From Terriglobia bacterium (GTDB lineage Bacteria; Acidobacteriota; Terriglobia; JAIQFV01), in the NCBI GenBank assembly GCA_028716525.1, contig JAQUPQ010000007.1, positions 64,196 through 128,195 on the forward strand: a stretch of DNA of 64,000 nucleotides, in the 5' to 3' direction. A model generated the notes under the pieces. The model was not told the DNA's origin. It made no database searches and saw only the letters and a list, made by a program, of their open reading frames with translations. Positions 51,122 to 59,766 of this stretch are shown here, piece by piece. The translations under genes and the position numbers were made by a program. Every line of letters starts with the position of its first letter. The stretch's first letter is position 1.

Positions 51122-52600
51122 ATGATGACAAATCCAAACGACAGGCAGCACCGCTCCATCCTGCAACGAATTGCCCATCGGGCGATGCTTGAAAGAGGAC
51201 TGGCCCCAGATTTTCCGCCCCAGGCGCTCGCCGAGCTCGACGCAATCCACGGGCCGGCGACGCGAGTTGATGGATCGACGCGTGATCTCCGAAACCTGCT
51301 CTGGTGCTCCATCGACAACGATGATTCGCGTGATCTGGACCAGTTGACCGTCGCCGAAGCCCGCCAAGAGGGGGCCGTGAAGGTTCTTGTCGCCGTTGCG
51401 GATGTCGACGCTGTCGTCAAAAAGCAATCGGCCCTTGACGATCATGCGCGGCAAAACACCACTTCGGTCTACACGGCGGCTGAGACGTTTCCGATGCTGC
51501 CTGAGAAACTCTCCACGGATTTGACCTCTCTCAACCTGGAGTCGGACCGCCTGGCCATCGTCATCGAAATGGTTCTCGCCGGAGATGGATCGCTTCAGAG
51601 TTCGGACGTTTATGGAGCAACGGTGCGCAGTCGTGCCAAGCTGGCTTACAACAGCGTTGCCGGCTGGCTGGAAGGAAACGGGCCGATTCCACAAGGAATT
51701 AGCGCGGTCGGGGGTCTCGACGAGAATCTTCGACTCCAGGATCGTGCGGCCCAGAAGCTGAAAGCGCTCCGGCACCTCAACGGGGCGCTGGATCTCGAAA
51801 CCATCGAAGCACGTCCGGTCTTTGACGGAGAGGAGCTCAAGGACTTGGAAGTCGATAAAAGAAACAGGGCGAAAGACATTATTGAGGACTTCATGATCGC
51901 GGCCAACGGCGTAACCGCACGATACCTCGCGGCGAAAAAATTTCCGTCGCTCCGGCGCGTCGTCCGCGTTCCCAAACGCTGGGACCGGATCATCGAGCTT
52001 GCCGCGGAACACGGCACAACGTTGCCCCAGGAACCCGACTCCAAAGCCCTGGATCAATTCCTGGTATCGGCAAAAGCTGCGGATCCGCTCCGCTTCCCCG
52101 ATCTCTCTCTCAGTGTCATCAAGCTTCTGGGCGCCGGTGAATACGTCGTCGAAATTCCGGGAGCGACTGTCGCCGGGCACTTCGGTCTGGCGGTCAAAGA
52201 CTATGCTCACTCCACTGCCCCGAACCGCCGATACCCCGATCTGATTACTCAGCGTTTGCTGAAAGCGGCCATGGCAGGAGGTTCCCTTCCCTACGAAAAC
52301 GACGAATTGGATGCGCTCGCCAAGCACTGCACCGAAGAGGAAGACGCCGCGAAGAAGGTTGAACGGCAGGTCACAAAATCCGCCGCCGCGATGCTGCTGG
52401 AATCGAGGATCGGCGAGCAGTTCGATGCCATCGTCACCGGCGCCTCGGACAAAGGGACGTGGGTCCGTCTTTTGCATCCGCCCATTGAAGGAAGACTGGT
52501 GAGCGGTCTTGAAGGCATGGACGTCGGCCACCGGCTCCGCGTGCAATTGGTTCGGACGGATGTGGAGCGCGGATATATCGATTTTAAGAGAGTGGCGTAA
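51122..52600 (+). CDS. RNB-domain exoribonuclease (RNase II/R family) with C-terminal S1 domain
   Basis: …LLWCSIDNDDSRDLDQLTVAE… catalytic-region pattern. C-terminal S1-like segment …GTWVRLLHPPIEGRLV…. Confidence 0.75.
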   Translation: MMTNPNDRQHRSILQRIAHRAMLERGLAPDFPPQALAELDAIHGPATRVDGSTRDLRNLLWCSIDNDDSRDLDQLTVAEARQEGAVKVLVAVADVDAVVKKQSALDDHARQNTTSVYTAAETFPMLPEKLSTDLTSLNLESDRLAIVIEMVLAGDGSLQSSDVYGATVRSRAKLAYNSVAGWLEGNGPIPQGISAVGGLDENLRLQDRAAQKLKALRHLNGALDLETIEARPVFDGEELKDLEVDKRNRAKDIIEDFMIAANGVTARYLAAKKFPSLRRVVRVPKRWDRIIELAAEHGTTLPQEPDSKALDQFLVSAKAADPLRFPDLSLSVIKLLGAGEYVVEIPGATVAGHFGLAVKDYAHSTAPNRRYPDLITQRLLKAAMAGGSLPYENDELDALAKHCTEEEDAAKKVERQVTKSAAAMLLESRIGEQFDAIVTGASDKGTWVRLLHPPIEGRLVSGLEGMDVGHRLRVQLVRTDVERGYIDFKRVA

Positions 52601-52755
52601 GCAGTGGTGGATTGAAGGTGGGCCAACATTGCGCCATCTGGTGCATGCGAGAGGGTGATCCGCATTGAACGGGCGGCAGAAATCGGTTCGCCGAGGCACT
52701 CCCTCCCGTTCGATTGTCTCGTGCAAGCCAGTGGCTCAAGGTTTTCGGCACTTAC

Positions 52756-53337
52756 TCATTGCTGCCTCCTGACCCCCAAAAGTTGCGCCGGGTAGACGCC
52801 GAAGTTTTCGATTTCGATCACGTTCTGTTTGTTAAAATGAATCTTCGCTGCCGCAAAAAGCGTCCCGCCCATTCCCTTGGCCTCTTCTACAAACAGTTCA
52901 ATGTACGTGAATGGATAATCTTTGGAGCGTGTCCCGTAGCGCGCCTCGAAAAAACTGAGCCAGCGTTCGAAGACGATAGTGTACGTTCGCCCGTTCGGGT
53001 TCTGGTGGACGCGCACGGTGTTGATATCATGGCTGATTTGGCCATCGAGCGCGAATGTGCCCTTCTTTTCCTTGGCGATGGCCTTGAGCAAGGCATCCTC
53101 ACCCTGTGACTTTAGAATGCGCGCGAATTTTCGTGCGTCCTCGTCCGACGTGTATCCTTCAATCGTGAGGGTGAATCCTCGCGAGACCAAGTTTCCTCCC
53201 GGTCCGATGCCGGCGACCGTGCCTGTAAACACTTCCTTGGACGGCCGGGCTTGAGCGTTGCAGGTCCGCGGAAAAATGCTGACCATCCCAAGACCGCAGA
53301 ACATCAGGATCACAACAACGAATAGTTTTGCTCTCAT
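52756..53337 (-). CDS. secreted hypothetical protein
   Basis: Signal/TM segment MRAKLFVVVILMFCGLGMVSI. No family recognised. Confidence 0.4.
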   Translation of the reverse strand: MRAKLFVVVILMFCGLGMVSIFPRTCNAQARPSKEVFTGTVAGIGPGGNLVSRGFTLTIEGYTSDEDARKFARILKSQGEDALLKAIAKEKKGTFALDGQISHDINTVRVHQNPNGRTYTIVFERWLSFFEARYGTRSKDYPFTYIELFVEEAKGMGGTLFAAAKIHFNKQNVIEIENFGVYPAQLLGVRRQQ

Positions 53338-53511
53338 CTTGCCTCCAATCCCTGAAATCGGTCATTCACGACAAGGAACCACCCCTCCGGATCTTCGGCA
53401 CGATCGAAGCCGGGTCGCGAGTTTAGCTTTCGATAGTCGTGGGTGACGAAGCTATCGAAACACACTCGCCCCTGCCTCTCTGGCGGATTGGGGAGGAGGG
53501 CTCGGCGACTT

Positions 53512-53715
53512 TCAAGGCTGCGCTTTGTGAAAGGCGTACAAGAAGACCACAACACTCAGGCCGGCGAAGGCATAGATGAAAGATGTCAACACTCTCGCGG
53601 CAGGAATCAAACCTCGCACAACGCCTAACACATCACCGATCAGACCCGCGATCAACAGGATCGTCACCAGAACCATGCCCACAAGCGCCAGAAATGAACT
53701 TTTCTTCAGTGTCAT
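53512..53715 (-). CDS. small two-TM membrane protein (hypothetical)
   Basis: MTLKKSSFLALVGMVLVTILLIAGLIGDVLGVVRGLIPAARVLTSFIYAFAGLSVVVFLYAF. Confidence 0.3.
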   Translation of the reverse strand: MTLKKSSFLALVGMVLVTILLIAGLIGDVLGVVRGLIPAARVLTSFIYAFAGLSVVVFLYAFHKAQP

Positions 53716-53788
53716 AATCAAAGTATGAACTCGTCAATTCCCCTAGTAATGCTACGTGCTGTTCAGACGCCTGATACAGACAGAGCGC

Positions 53789-54598
53789 CTACTTCTTGTG
53801 GCGCTTTGGTTTTAGGAACACAGCGGCTGCGCGTTCCAGGACGCGGAAGGCGAACGACTCGGTCAGGTAGAGGTAGACCTTATGTTTGTCGTGACCCTCG
53901 TATCCGATCGACAGATCCTGTCCCACGCTGAGCTGAAAGTCGCCCCCGCGATGCGAGAGCAGCACGGCGCCATCGACCTTTGGCGCCAGAACCATCGGCC
54001 CGTCAAGGAAGTGCTCGACGCGCTCACGGATCGGGTAGCCATCCTGCGCGGCCTGGGCCAAACCCGCATAACAGTTCGGTCCAAGCGCCAAGGCATAGGG
54101 TCCATTGATGCCCGCGCGCCGCAGCGTCTCGACGGCGTCCACCACGACGGACGGATAGTCCGCATAATCGTCCGGGATGGCAATGGCCGGATGCAAGGTC
54201 GTAGGGATGATACCCTCAATGCCTCCGGCTTTGAAGCCGTTGAAGATGGCGTTGTCCTCGGCATGCGCTGTCTTCTCCGCGGCACTTACCACCGCTGGAA
54301 GGTCCAGCACAGCGCCGCGCGATGCGTTGTCGAGTTCCATGATTGACAGCTCGAACGGCACTCGCACCTCGATCAAAGGCGCCACCTCGCGCACGCCCCA
54401 CGGCACGCCAAGGTCGCCGTCGGTTCGGATGGTCAGGTGGCCCGTGTTGACCGAGGCATACCTCCACCCGTGCGGGCCGTCGAAATCAACCAGCTTGCGT
54501 CCCGCCAGGTTGAGCTGGAGCACCCGCTTGGCTTCGTCGTCGATTTGCTTCCAGGCTTCGGGCGTAATCGGCGCATGATCGCGCTTCAATAGATCCAT
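53789..54598 (-). CDS. family 1 encapsulin nanocompartment shell protein (Linocin M18-like)
   Basis: MDLLKRDHAPITPEAWKQIDDEAKRVLQLNLAGRKLVDFDGPHGWRYASVNTGHL… is typical of the HK97-fold encapsulin N-terminus. 269 aa. Confidence 0.85.
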   Translation of the reverse strand: MDLLKRDHAPITPEAWKQIDDEAKRVLQLNLAGRKLVDFDGPHGWRYASVNTGHLTIRTDGDLGVPWGVREVAPLIEVRVPFELSIMELDNASRGAVLDLPAVVSAAEKTAHAEDNAIFNGFKAGGIEGIIPTTLHPAIAIPDDYADYPSVVVDAVETLRRAGINGPYALALGPNCYAGLAQAAQDGYPIRERVEHFLDGPMVLAPKVDGAVLLSHRGGDFQLSVGQDLSIGYEGHDKHKVYLYLTESFAFRVLERAAAVFLKPKRHKK

Positions 54599-54601
54599 GT
54601 C

Positions 54602-54964
54602 TCACTTTCCTTTCATGCTGGCGATGCCGAGTGTCTCGGTGGCCACGGGGGCAGGGCCGTCGGTTCCTGCGCCCTTCTCAATTCCAGCGATCGGCTGCTC
54701 GGTGAACAGGTACTTGTGCATCATCTCGTTGAAGTGGTCGCTGTGACGGCGGATCCACTCCATAAGCATCGTGGCGTGCTCAATCTCTTCGTTCTTGTTG
54801 TGCAGCAGCACGTCCTTCAACTGCGGATCGGAACACGCGTCGGCGCGTTGCTGATACCAGTCGATCGCCTCCAGCTCCTCCATCAGGCTGACGATCGCGC
54901 GGTGCATATTGCGCGTGTCCTCGGGCAGGAGATCGAGCGATTCGTGGTACGCGGTACTTGCCAT
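54602..54964 (-). CDS. encapsulated ferritin-like cargo protein (EncFtn) with C-terminal encapsulin targeting peptide
   Basis: Ferritin-like EExxH motifs (…MEELEAIDWYQQRA…NKNEEIEHATMLMEWI…). C-terminal …TETLGIASMKGK matches the SLGIGSLKG-type cargo-loading peptide. It lies 3 nt upstream of the shell gene. Confidence 0.8.
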   Translation of the reverse strand: MASTAYHESLDLLPEDTRNMHRAIVSLMEELEAIDWYQQRADACSDPQLKDVLLHNKNEEIEHATMLMEWIRRHSDHFNEMMHKYLFTEQPIAGIEKGAGTDGPAPVATETLGIASMKGK

Positions 54965-55141
54965 ATGATTATTCCTCTTACGCTTGCCGACGCACCGGGA
55001 CCGGTGCATCGAAGCTATGAATCTCGACCGGTTAGACCGCCTCCAGCGCGAGGTCTTTCTCAAGGCTCTATTCGCTTGGAGGAACGCGTTGCTCATCCCC
55101 CGACACGCGCCTCGCACCAGATCCTCGCGGAGAGCTCGTAA

Positions 55142-55213
55142 GACACTTCTTATACCTTGGGGATAGTGCGCGTCAGTTCAAAACTGTTCACGTGCATGAT
55201 CAAGATTGCTCAT
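55142..55213 (-). promoter_or_regulatory. copy 6 of the conserved promoter module (minus strand), upstream of the EncFtn-encapsulin operon
   Basis: Reverse complement reads ATGAGCAATCTTGATCATGCACGTGAACAGTTTTGAACTGACGCGCACTATCCCCAAGGTATAAGAAGTGTC. Lies ~180 nt upstream of the EncFtn start. Confidence 0.65.
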
Positions 55214-55324
55214 TCCGCCGCCAAGGTCTCGCAGGGCATGATCGGTTCGTTCTGCCCCCGGGGATGCAGGCCGCTGCAGCAACCTGTTACGCGACGAGCT
55301 CCGTTGTTCTTAATGGGCCCGCCA

Positions 55325-55966
55325 CTAGCTGGCGTTCTGTAGGGCGAATTCCCAGTTGATCAGCTTGTCAAGCACGGCATTAACATAGTCGGCACGACGA
55401 TTCTGATAATCCAGGTAGTAAGCATGCTCCCACACGTCAATGGTAAGCAGTGGCTTCATGCCCGTTGTCAAAGGGACATCGGCATTGGCGGTCTTGACCA
55501 CCTTGAGGCTACCTCCCTCGAGGACAAGCCAAGCCCAACCGCTCCCGAACTGTGAAACGGAGGCGCCGGCAAACTCCTTCTTGAAGGCGTCGACGCTGCT
55601 GAAGGATTCCTCGATTCTCTGCTTGAGTGCAGCAGGCGGTTCGCCTCCGCCCTTCGGTTTCATGCTTTTCCAATAAAACGTGTGGTTCCAAGTTTGCGCC
55701 GCGTTGTTGAAGATCGCGATTCTTTCCGGCCGTCCGGCGGTACTGGTAATAATCTTTTCCAATGACAGGTCGGCATATTCTGTTCCTGCAACGAGTTTGT
55801 TCAGGTTGTCCACATAGCCTCTGTGATGTTTCCCATAGTGAAAACTAATCGTCTTGGCCGTTATGATTGGTTCAAGTGCGTTTTCGGCATATGGAAGAGG
55901 GGGTAAGACGTGATGCGGCGCTGCTCCATGCACGGTCGAGGAATAGCCCGTGTCTTTCTTGGTCAT
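55325..55966 (-). CDS. Fe/Mn-family superoxide dismutase
   Basis: …[32 protein letters not shown]…[14 protein letters not shown]…[15 protein letters not shown]… Start ATG 55966 preceded by AAGGAG. Confidence 0.85.
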   Translation of the reverse strand: MTKKDTGYSSTVHGAAPHHVLPPLPYAENALEPIITAKTISFHYGKHHRGYVDNLNKLVAGTEYADLSLEKIITSTAGRPERIAIFNNAAQTWNHTFYWKSMKPKGGGEPPAALKQRIEESFSSVDAFKKEFAGASVSQFGSGWAWLVLEGGSLKVVKTANADVPLTTGMKPLLTIDVWEHAYYLDYQNRRADYVNAVLDKLINWEFALQNAS

Positions 55967-56052
55967 ATCGATCTCCTTAGGGTTGGTGGGTGACACATAA
56001 CGCATGGCATCAGGGCTTGCCGCGGTTAGCGGCAATATTCTGCATGTTGTTG

Positions 56053-56454
56053 TTAGCCGCCCTTTTTCTTTTCTTCGTTGTCTTTCTTGCTTTTTCTGTA
56101 TTCCTCCAGAATCTGTTTCAACCACTCGCCACTGCGCAATTCTTTTCCTTCCTTTGTCCTGATCATGTAGGGTTCGCCCGAGAGAATGCTCTTGGTGGCA
56201 GCAAGGCGGATGAAATCTTCCGGTGTCTTGATCCTGTTTTTGAAATACGAATACTTGCTTCTCAAGTGATCCGACGCTCGTTGACCGGTGTAGGATTGGC
56301 CGTTCCGAATAAAGGTACAATCGGATTGGGCAACGAAAGCCAACAGATAAGCAACCGTGTCATCGGTGTCTTTCTGAGGTCTTGTATCTTGAGCAACGGC
56401 CATAGTCGCAGCAAGAACAGTTGTGATGGCTACAATGATTAAGTTTCTGTGCAT
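56053..56454 (-). CDS. DUF5329 family secreted protein
   Basis: Signal [23 protein letters not shown]. …[55 protein letters not shown]… matches the DUF5329 pattern. It lies directly upstream of SOD on the same strand. Confidence 0.55.
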   Translation of the reverse strand: MHRNLIIVAITTVLAATMAVAQDTRPQKDTDDTVAYLLAFVAQSDCTFIRNGQSYTGQRASDHLRSKYSYFKNRIKTPEDFIRLAATKSILSGEPYMIRTKEGKELRSGEWLKQILEEYRKSKKDNEEKKKGG

Positions 56455-56674
56455 CTTCTCTGCTCGGCTAACTTCTAAGCCCATGGTCTCGAGATGAACC
56501 CATCATCCGGTTTTCCGCCCCGATAACACTGCGATCGAAAACTTGACCCATCCCTCTTTCGTCAACTGATGGGGGTATTTCTGTTTTTATCATGCGCTTA
56601 TAAGGTTTCCATCTAACACGCTTGCGATCGGACTCAAAGAATGCCTACCAGGCTACATACGCCTCAGCGAATTA

Positions 56675-56752
56675 GCGTGCATGTCCTTTATATCCACGGG
56701 CGAAGCGCGTGTCGGTTCAGTACTGCTCACACACCTGGTCAACATTGCTCAG
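56675..56752 (-). promoter_or_regulatory. copy 7 of the conserved promoter module (minus strand; variant closest to copy 4), upstream of the DUF5329-SOD operon
   Basis: Reverse complement reads CTGAGCAATGTTGACCAGGTGTGTGAGCAGTACTGAACCGACACGCGCTTCGCCCGTGGATATAAAGGACATGCACGC. It shares the 16-mer CGACACGCGCTTCGCC and downstream ATTCGCTGAG with copy 4. Confidence 0.65.
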
Positions 56753-56969
56753 ACAGGCAAAATGCCCCGATGGTATTGTGCGTCTGGGAGCCCCTAGGAG
56801 AACTGGAAGGCGTCGCGCCTCAGCGCCACGGAGGATGCCGCGACGATGGACGTGCTCTGGCGAAACCCATCGCGAGTTCATGCCCGAGTTCGGTGCGCCG
56901 TCCGGATATCCGCACTCGTTGGCAGCGTTCCTGGCGCTCTACCTGCAGGGCCCTCGTATTTAATAATGC

Positions 56970-57962
56970 TTGTTTGCCATGGTGAACGGCGAAAGTAAGA
57001 CCGATAGGAAAAAGAAGGCCCGAGCACGCTGGATCTCCTGGCTCTTCGGGTTGGCGATCCTGCTGGCCGTCGCCTTGTTCGCAGCCCATCGGAGCGAGGG
57101 GCAGGAGTTTGCGCGGCTCGTGACTCACGCTCGGCCTGTTTGGTTGCTCGTCGCCCTTTTGCTCCAGATGGGAACCTACGTGACGGACGCCCGGATCTGG
57201 CAGCGAGTCCTTGACCGCGCGAATATATCGAGACCGCTCCGCTCCTATGTGGGTTTGGCGCTGGCGAAGCTCTTCATGGACCAGGCCATTCCAAGCGTTG
57301 GCCTGAGCGGCACGTTGCTCGTCATCCGTGCACTGGACCGTCGCGGCGTGCCGCGCCGTGCCAGCATGGCCTTGGTCGTCATCGATCTCGTGAGCTACTA
57401 CGCCGCTTACATTGTGGCTCTGGGCATCGCTCTCGGCATCGTCTGGGCACGCGGAGACCTCACCCCGTTGATGGCCGTGCCAGCGGTCATCTTCGCGCCC
57501 ATGGCTGCAGCCGTTCCCGTGGCCCTCCTGTGGGTAAGCCGCGGCCGGAAGCTGCCCCGTTGGCTCAAGCGGCTACCCTTCATCAAGCCAGCAGTTCGAG
57601 CACTTGGTAAGGCCACGCCAGCCATTGCTCACGATGCCTGGCTCATCACGCGGTGCACGGGCCTCCAGTTCGCGATCCTCGCGTTCGATGCGGGGACACT
57701 CTGGATCATGCTGTGGGCCCTCGGTCTTGCGGTCAATCCAGCACCAGTGTTTGCGAGCTTCATGCTCTCCACGCTGGCGCGGACGCTAGGAGTGATTCCT
57801 GGAGGGCTTGGGGTTTTCGAGGCCGTCTCCGTGGCCACGCTCAAGCTCATCGGAGTGCCGGTCGCTGCCGGTCTCGCGGCGACACTCCTCTTCCGCTTCT
57901 TCACCTTCTGGCTGCCCATGGCGCCCGGGCTGATCCTCGCGCGGCGTGAGGTAAGGGCCTGA
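56970..57962 (+). CDS. flippase-like (lysylphosphatidylglycerol-synthase TM region / UPF0104) membrane protein
   Basis: 8 predicted TM helices. …LFMDQAIPSVGLSGTLLVIRALDRRGV… pattern of the LPG_synthase_TM family. Confidence 0.6.
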   Translation: MFAMVNGESKTDRKKKARARWISWLFGLAILLAVALFAAHRSEGQEFARLVTHARPVWLLVALLLQMGTYVTDARIWQRVLDRANISRPLRSYVGLALAKLFMDQAIPSVGLSGTLLVIRALDRRGVPRRASMALVVIDLVSYYAAYIVALGIALGIVWARGDLTPLMAVPAVIFAPMAAAVPVALLWVSRGRKLPRWLKRLPFIKPAVRALGKATPAIAHDAWLITRCTGLQFAILAFDAGTLWIMLWALGLAVNPAPVFASFMLSTLARTLGVIPGGLGVFEAVSVATLKLIGVPVAAGLAATLLFRFFTFWLPMAPGLILARREVRA

Positions 57963-58136
57963 TGGGGACTGCACCTTATTGGGGCCTGCTCTTGCCTGCG
58001 CGGAGAGAAGATGCTGGGCCGTGCACGACCCAAGAAGGTGTCATCGGCATGTTAGGCCGGGAAGGTGTCATCACTTTCACGCGTACGCTCAAGGAATTGG
58101 GAAGGTAACCGACATAACAACGGAAACTCGAGGATC

Positions 58137-58571
58137 ATGATAAAACGATCAACGGAGATTACGACGCTGTTTCTGGATATCGGTGGTGTCCTGCTCACCA
58201 ACGGGTGGGATCATCATGCCCGCAAACGGACGGCGGCGAACTTCAAACTGGAATTGACCGAGATGGAGGATCGGCGCCACCTGACCTTCGACACCTACGA
58301 GGAGGGCAAGCTCACGCTGGAAGAATATTTGAGTCGGGTAGTCTTCTACCAAGTTCGCAAGCCCGACGCGGACATCTTTCGCCTTGCGCTGGACATCACC
58401 CCGGCGCCACCCAGGCAGGTAGTCTGTAACGAAAACACTCCGATGTTCGTTCAAATCGCGCCAGGCTTGGGGATTCGAAGCATTCTTTACACGGATTACA
58501 AGTCCACGCGCGCGAAACTGGCTTCGTTCGGATTGTCGAATGGCGAAGGAGTCATCCATGAAACCGGCTAA
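58137..58571 (+). CDS. HAD-superfamily hydrolase-like ORF, probably degenerate (internal deletion, catalytic DD replaced)
   Basis: Motif I FLDIGGVLLTNGW is present. The C-terminal region aligns to HAD-IA KPDPxIYRLAL…FIDD but reads VRKPDADIFRLALDITPAPPRQVVCNENTP. About 60 residues of the expected cap/motif II-III region are missing. The 3' end overlaps the ackA start by 14 nt. Confidence 0.45.
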   Translation: MIKRSTEITTLFLDIGGVLLTNGWDHHARKRTAANFKLELTEMEDRRHLTFDTYEEGKLTLEEYLSRVVFYQVRKPDADIFRLALDITPAPPRQVVCNENTPMFVQIAPGLGIRSILYTDYKSTRAKLASFGLSNGEGVIHETG

Positions 58572-59751
58572 ACCACGCATCCTGGCAATCAATGGCGGCT
58601 CGTCGAGCATCAAGTTCGCGTTGTTCGAGGCCGGTGACCCGCTCCGACGGATTCTGGAGGGCGGGATTGAGCGGATTGGACTGCCGGAGGCCACCTTGCG
58701 GGTGAAAGGCGTCAACCAGGCGGACAACTTTTCGCGGCCGGTGACGGCGCCGGATCACACAGTGGCCGTGGGCGCTCTGATGGATTGGATCGAGGAACGC
58801 AGCGGGCGTGAGGCATTGGCCGCGGTGGGACATCGCGTCGTGCATGGCGGGCCGAAGTACAGCGAACCTAGGCGAATCACAACGGAAATGGTTGAAGATC
58901 TGCGCCAACTCAGTCCATTCGATCCCGAGCATCTGCCGGAGGAGATTTTGTTGACCGAGGCGTTTCATCGCCGGTTTCCCGACCTCCCCCAAGTGGCGTG
59001 TTTCGACACGGCTTTTCACCATGACCTGCCGCGCGTGGCGCGGCTGTTGCCTATCCCGCGCCGCTACGAAGAGCAGGGAGTGCGGCGATACGGCTTTCAC
59101 GGCTTGTCATACTCGTTTCTGATGGGGGAACTGGCCCGCCTGGCTGGAGCGGAAGCGGCACACGGCCGGGTCATCCTCGCCCACCTCGGCAATGGGGCGA
59201 GCCTGGCGGCGGTGCGTGACGGCAAATCGGTGGACACCAGCATGTGTTTAACCCCGACGGCCGGGCTACCGATGAGCACCCGCTCCGGGGACCTTGATCC
59301 CGGGCTGGTTGGGTATCTGGCCCGCACTGAAAAGATGAGCGCGAAGCAATTCAACGAGATGGTCAATTTCCAGTCCGGGCTGCTCGGGATATCCGAAACG
59401 AGTTCTGACATGCGCGACTTGCTGGAGTGCGAAGCGCAAGACGTGCGGGCGGCCGAGGCGGTCGCATTGTTTTGTTACCAGGTGAAAAAATGGGTCGGTG
59501 CGTTGGCTGCGGCCCTAGGTGGAGTGGACACGCTGGTGTTCACGGGTGGCATCGGAGAGAATGCGCCCACGGTCCGCGGGCGGATTTGCGATGGGCTAGA
59601 ATTCCTTGGAATCGGGCTCGAAGAAAGGCGCAACGCGGCGAATGAGGACGTGATTTCAGCGTCAGCCAGCCGGGTTACGGTCCGCGTCATTCGCACCGAC
59701 GAAGAACTGATGATCGCGCGTTCCGTGTGCCGCGTACTCGGACTGGGCTGA
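58558..59751 (+). CDS. ackA: acetate kinase
   Basis: ILAINGGSSSIKFALFE…, …VGHRVVHGG…, …FDTAFHHDLP…, RRYGFHGLSY… are hallmark acetate/propionate kinase motifs. Confidence 0.85.
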   Translation: MKPAKPRILAINGGSSSIKFALFEAGDPLRRILEGGIERIGLPEATLRVKGVNQADNFSRPVTAPDHTVAVGALMDWIEERSGREALAAVGHRVVHGGPKYSEPRRITTEMVEDLRQLSPFDPEHLPEEILLTEAFHRRFPDLPQVACFDTAFHHDLPRVARLLPIPRRYEEQGVRRYGFHGLSYSFLMGELARLAGAEAAHGRVILAHLGNGASLAAVRDGKSVDTSMCLTPTAGLPMSTRSGDLDPGLVGYLARTEKMSAKQFNEMVNFQSGLLGISETSSDMRDLLECEAQDVRAAEAVALFCYQVKKWVGALAAALGGVDTLVFTGGIGENAPTVRGRICDGLEFLGIGLEERRNAANEDVISASASRVTVRVIRTDEELMIARSVCRVLGLG

Positions 59752-59766
59752 AAGAAGAATTGAACC

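Noticed and set aside
50975-52726. 583-aa minus-strand ORF
   Set aside because: It is antisense to the clearly homologous RNB exoribonuclease gene (51122-52600). Long antisense ORFs are expected in high-GC DNA.
29423-56752. Interpreting the module -10 (GGGTAT) as a SigB/SigF-type alternative-sigma promoter
   Set aside because: The GTTTAA/GTTT -35 expected 14-16 bp upstream is absent. A TTGACA-like TGACAC at 16-17 bp fits a housekeeping-sigma core instead. Kept only as a remark.
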